This document shows positions 61,505 to 64,000 of a DNA stretch of 64,000 bases, one piece after another. Position 1 is the stretch's first letter; every line of letters begins with the position of its first letter. The translations under genes and the position numbers were made by a program. The stretch lies in the NCBI GenBank assembly GCA_963702435.1, contig CAVPCR010000001.1:160001-224000 (forward strand). The letters are read 5' to 3'. The notes below the pieces were generated by a model. The model saw only the letters and a list, made by a program, of their open reading frames with translations. It did not search any database and was not told the DNA's origin. The stretch is from Candidatus Eiseniibacteriota bacterium (GTDB taxonomy: Bacteria > Eisenbacteria > RBG-16-71-46 > CAVPCR01).

Positions 61505-61873
61505 ATGGGCAAGAAGCTTTACGTTGGCAATCTCTCTTACAACGTCGGCGACAACGATCTGGCGCAGATGTTCGGGCAGTATGGAACCGTGGAATCCGCG
61601 CAGGTGATCGTGGATCGCGACACGGGGCGGTCGAAGGGCTTTGGCTTCGTCGAGATGAGTAGCGACCAGGAGGCCCAGGCCGCTATCTCCGGTCTCAACG
61701 GCACCGAGGCCGACGGTCGCACCCTGACCGTGAACGAGGCTCGTCCGAAGGAGTCCTCGGGCAGCCGCGGCGGCAGCGGCGGCGGCGGCGGCTACGGCGG
61801 CCGGGGCGGCAGCGGCCGCGGCGGCTATGGCGGCGGCGGTGGCTACGGCGGCGGCAGCAGCCGGCGCTACTAG
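61505..61873 (+). CDS. RRM RNA-binding protein with Gly-rich tail
   Basis: KLYVGNL (RNP2), KGFGFVEM (RNP1). Confidence 0.95.
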   Translation: MGKKLYVGNLSYNVGDNDLAQMFGQYGTVESAQVIVDRDTGRSKGFGFVEMSSDQEAQAAISGLNGTEADGRTLTVNEARPKESSGSRGGSGGGGGYGGRGGSGRGGYGGGGGYGGGSSRRY

Positions 61874-61900
61874 ATCTTAAGCCGGCATCTCCGACGATCA

Positions 61901-61938
61901 AGGGGCCGGATCCCGCGGGATCCGGCCCCTCGTCTTTT
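61901..61938 (+). terminator. Intrinsic terminator-like hairpin between convergent genes
   Basis: AGGGGCCGGATCCC-GC-GGGATCCGGCCCCT followed by CGTCTTTT. Confidence 0.75.
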
Positions 61939-61957
61939 CCGCCCGGCGGCCTGCGCT

Positions 61958-62437
61958 TCAGATATGAGCGCGGGTGCCGACCCCGAAGTGCGCGATCTTC
62001 GGGTTCGCGAGCCGCTTGAAGTCAGCGAAGTCCATGCGGATCGCCTCGGTGTGCGTCCCGGCGTTGAACACGATGGACGGATCGGCGGCCAGCCGATCGT
62101 CCACGAAGACCGGGAGCCCGTAGAGATTCCCGAACGGCGGCATGGCACCCAGCTCGCACTCCGGGAAGAGCTGCTTGAACTCCTCCTCGGCGGCCAGGGC
62201 CACCGCCTTGGCGCCGACCGCCTCGCGGAAGGCGCTCATGTCGACCTGGATCGGGGCCGGCATCACCGCCATCACGAACTTGCCGTCCACCTTGAGGATG
62301 GTGGTCTTGGCGAGCTCCCAGCCGTGGATGTGCATCTTGGCGGCGATCTCCTGGGCCGTGTAGGCCCGGGAGTGCTGGAGGCTCAGGTACTTGACGTGTT
62401 GCTCGTCGAGGAACTTCTTGAGCCGGGCCGATGGCAT
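61958..62437 (-). CDS. YbaK/aminoacyl-tRNA deacylase family protein
   Basis: HSRAYTAQEIA, LAKTTIL, FPECELGAMPPFG, FNAGTHTE. Confidence 0.88.
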   Translation of the reverse strand: MPSARLKKFLDEQHVKYLSLQHSRAYTAQEIAAKMHIHGWELAKTTILKVDGKFVMAVMPAPIQVDMSAFREAVGAKAVALAAEEEFKQLFPECELGAMPPFGNLYGLPVFVDDRLAADPSIVFNAGTHTEAIRMDFADFKRLANPKIAHFGVGTRAHI

Positions 62438-62551
62438 CGCCACTCCCCCTTTCCGTCGCGAGCGTGCGACTCGGACGGCCGGGCCCGCCGTTGTCCCAAG
62501 CGTAACGCCGCCTGGCCCCATCGTCAAAGCCCGCTCAAGAGGCACGCGCGC

Positions 62552-62676
62552 GGGGCGCACGGGGCGCGCGGGGCGCACGGAGCTCGCGGGGCGCGCGGGG
62601 CGCACGCGGCGTACGGGGCGCACGGGACGCACGGAGCGCACGGAGCGCGCGGGGCGCACGGGGCACGGGGCGCGCG
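62552..62676. repeat. 9-bp tandem repeat (GGGGCGCRC-like, roughly 14 units)
   Basis: Direct reading. Confidence 0.8.
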
Positions 62677-62778
62677 ACGCGCGCTGCCCGCGTCCGGCGA
62701 GTTTCGCCGGCCGGCACGCCAGCGTGTCCTGCTGCCGCAACCGCCGGCCGGCGAGTGTTTGAGCCGGAGCGGGCAGCC

Positions 62779-62872
62779 GCGGAGCAGCGCCCCCGCAGCG
62801 GAGCGCCGCCCCACCGCGGAGCAGCGCCCCCGCAGCGGAGCAGCGCCCCCGCAGCGGAGCAGCGCCCCCGCC
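62779..62872. repeat. ~19-bp tandem repeat (GCGGAGCAGCGCCCCCGCA, about 5 units)
   Basis: Direct reading. Confidence 0.8.
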
Positions 62873-62912
62873 GCCGCGGAGCCGGCCCCGTAGGCAACCG
62901 CAGAGCAGCCGG

Positions 62913-64000
62913 CTAGAACCGCAAGAGCCCGACGCGGAAGTGCCCCGCCGCGACCCCGCGCCCGAGCGACACGTTCGTCAGGTCGATCGCCCGCGCAAAC
63001 GCCTCGCAGATGTTCATCGTATCGCCCGAGTCGGTGAAGGTGATGTCGATGTCGGCGCAGGTGTCGTCGCCATCCACGTCCCCGTCGCCGTCCACGTCGA
63101 CGCCGACCGGGACCTCCTCGGTCGAGCCGGCGAAGGTGGCGAGGACTCGCCCGCGATGGGTCACCGATCCCGTCACGTCGGCGATCAGATCCTCGATCTC
63201 GTTCGGGTCGGGACGGAAGTTGGAGAGAGCGGCCACGATCGCCAGCGGCGGCGTCGCGGCGTCGTCCGTGCGGCCGCAACCGAAGAGGATCGTGATCTCC
63301 TCCGGCAGGTCGTCCGTGACGTTCAGCTGATTCAGATCGAGGACCAGCAGGTAGTTCGGGTCGAGAGCGGTGTTGACGGCGCGGAGAGCAGTGCGCACGT
63401 CGTCGGTCGTCTCGTCGTGGAGGAAATCGAAGGCGAGACGGCCCATGTAGCAATTGGTGAGATTGCTCGGGGCATCCACGTCACCGATGGCGACGCGGTC
63501 ATAGGCGCCGGTCGCCGGGTCGAGGACCGCGGCGAACGGCACGCGGACGATCGGAACCTGGACCGGGTCGATCTGAACTTCCCAGGTCACTCCGGTGAGG
63601 AGCATCTCCGATCCCACGGTCTCGGTCGTCACGTGCAGGAAGCGGATCTCGCCGGAAATGTGGCGCGCGCCCGGCCCCTCGCCGATCACGAAGTCGTCAT
63701 CCTCGCTGAAGTGGAAGATGAAGCCGTCCGCCGGCGCCTCGGCGACCCAGACCCACCCGGGGAAGGGCTCGGCGGTCGACGTCACGTCCCGCTCGTAGGT
63801 CCCGTACGGCGGCACGGCCGGTGCTCGGCCCGGGCCCCGCTCGGCAGCCGGCATCGGCCGCGCCGTTGCGGCCGCCTTGAAATCGAGCGGCACGGTGCCG
63901 CCGGCGCGCCCGAGCGGATCGAGCGTGAGGCCGACCTGGCTCATCAGCGCCTCGACCGGAGCCTGCCCCGCCATCGCGAGCGCCGGATCGGCGGCCAGGT
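62913..64000 (-). CDS. Hypothetical protein (probably 5'-truncated by the window edge)
   Basis: Open frame of at least 353 aa with acidic DVDGDGDVDGDD motif. Confidence 0.65.
   Translation of the reverse strand, partial: LAADPALAMAGQAPVEALMSQVGLTLDPLGRAGGTVPLDFKAAATARPMPAAERGPGRAPAVPPYGTYERDVTSTAEPFPGWVWVAEAPADGFIFHFSEDDDFVIGEGPGARHISGEIRFLHVTTETVGSEMLLTGVTWEVQIDPVQVPIVRVPFAAVLDPATGAYDRVAIGDVDAPSNLTNCYMGRLAFDFLHDETTDDVRTALRAVNTALDPNYLLVLDLNQLNVTDDLPEEITILFGCGRTDDAATPPLAIVAALSNFRPDPNEIEDLIADVTGSVTHRGRVLATFAGSTEEVPVGVDVDGDGDVDGDDTCADIDITFTDSGDTMNICEAFARAIDLTNVSLGRGVAAGHFRVGLLRF

Noticed and set aside
1..64000. Integron integrase or other tyrosine recombinase gene
   Set aside because: No ORF with recognisable R-H-R-Y box motifs (such as HxLRHSFATHLL) on either strand, including next to the attI-like site.
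1..64000. tRNA or rRNA genes
   Set aside because: No cloverleaf/T-loop signature or rRNA-like segment noticed by eye; tRNAscan-SE would be needed to exclude them.

Overview
GC-rich bacterial DNA; the organism cannot be assigned from the sequence. The left 27 kb is an integron-type gene-cassette array read on the minus strand, with about 12 recognisable attC sites, an attI-like head at ~27.16 kb and no integrase in the window. The array holds: (i) three group II introns, all inserted at the same register in the L'' box of attC sites and co-oriented with the cassettes, with EBS1/IBS1 covariation; (ii) seven copies of a ~300-bp ORF-less cassette family sharing an internal hairpin; (iii) an apparent ~9.5-kb giant cassette with an Rhs toxin and a partner gene; (iv) TIR and PD-(D/E)xK defence-like cassettes; (v) IS1380, IS256, ISL3, ISAzo13 and IS630 elements. 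Directly upstream of the array head, and co-oriented, is a NusG/RfaH/UpxY-like antiterminator paralog. A second paralog at 47.3-48.2 kb heads a second, decayed run of cassette-like genes with degenerate attC sites. The rest (28.6-64 kb) is accessory or housekeeping genes, many fragmentary. Many genes show single-base frameshifts, probably partly sequencing or assembly errors. Family assignments are by eye, not by database search. Cassette-strand sequences are quoted 5'->3' on the minus strand unless marked (+).
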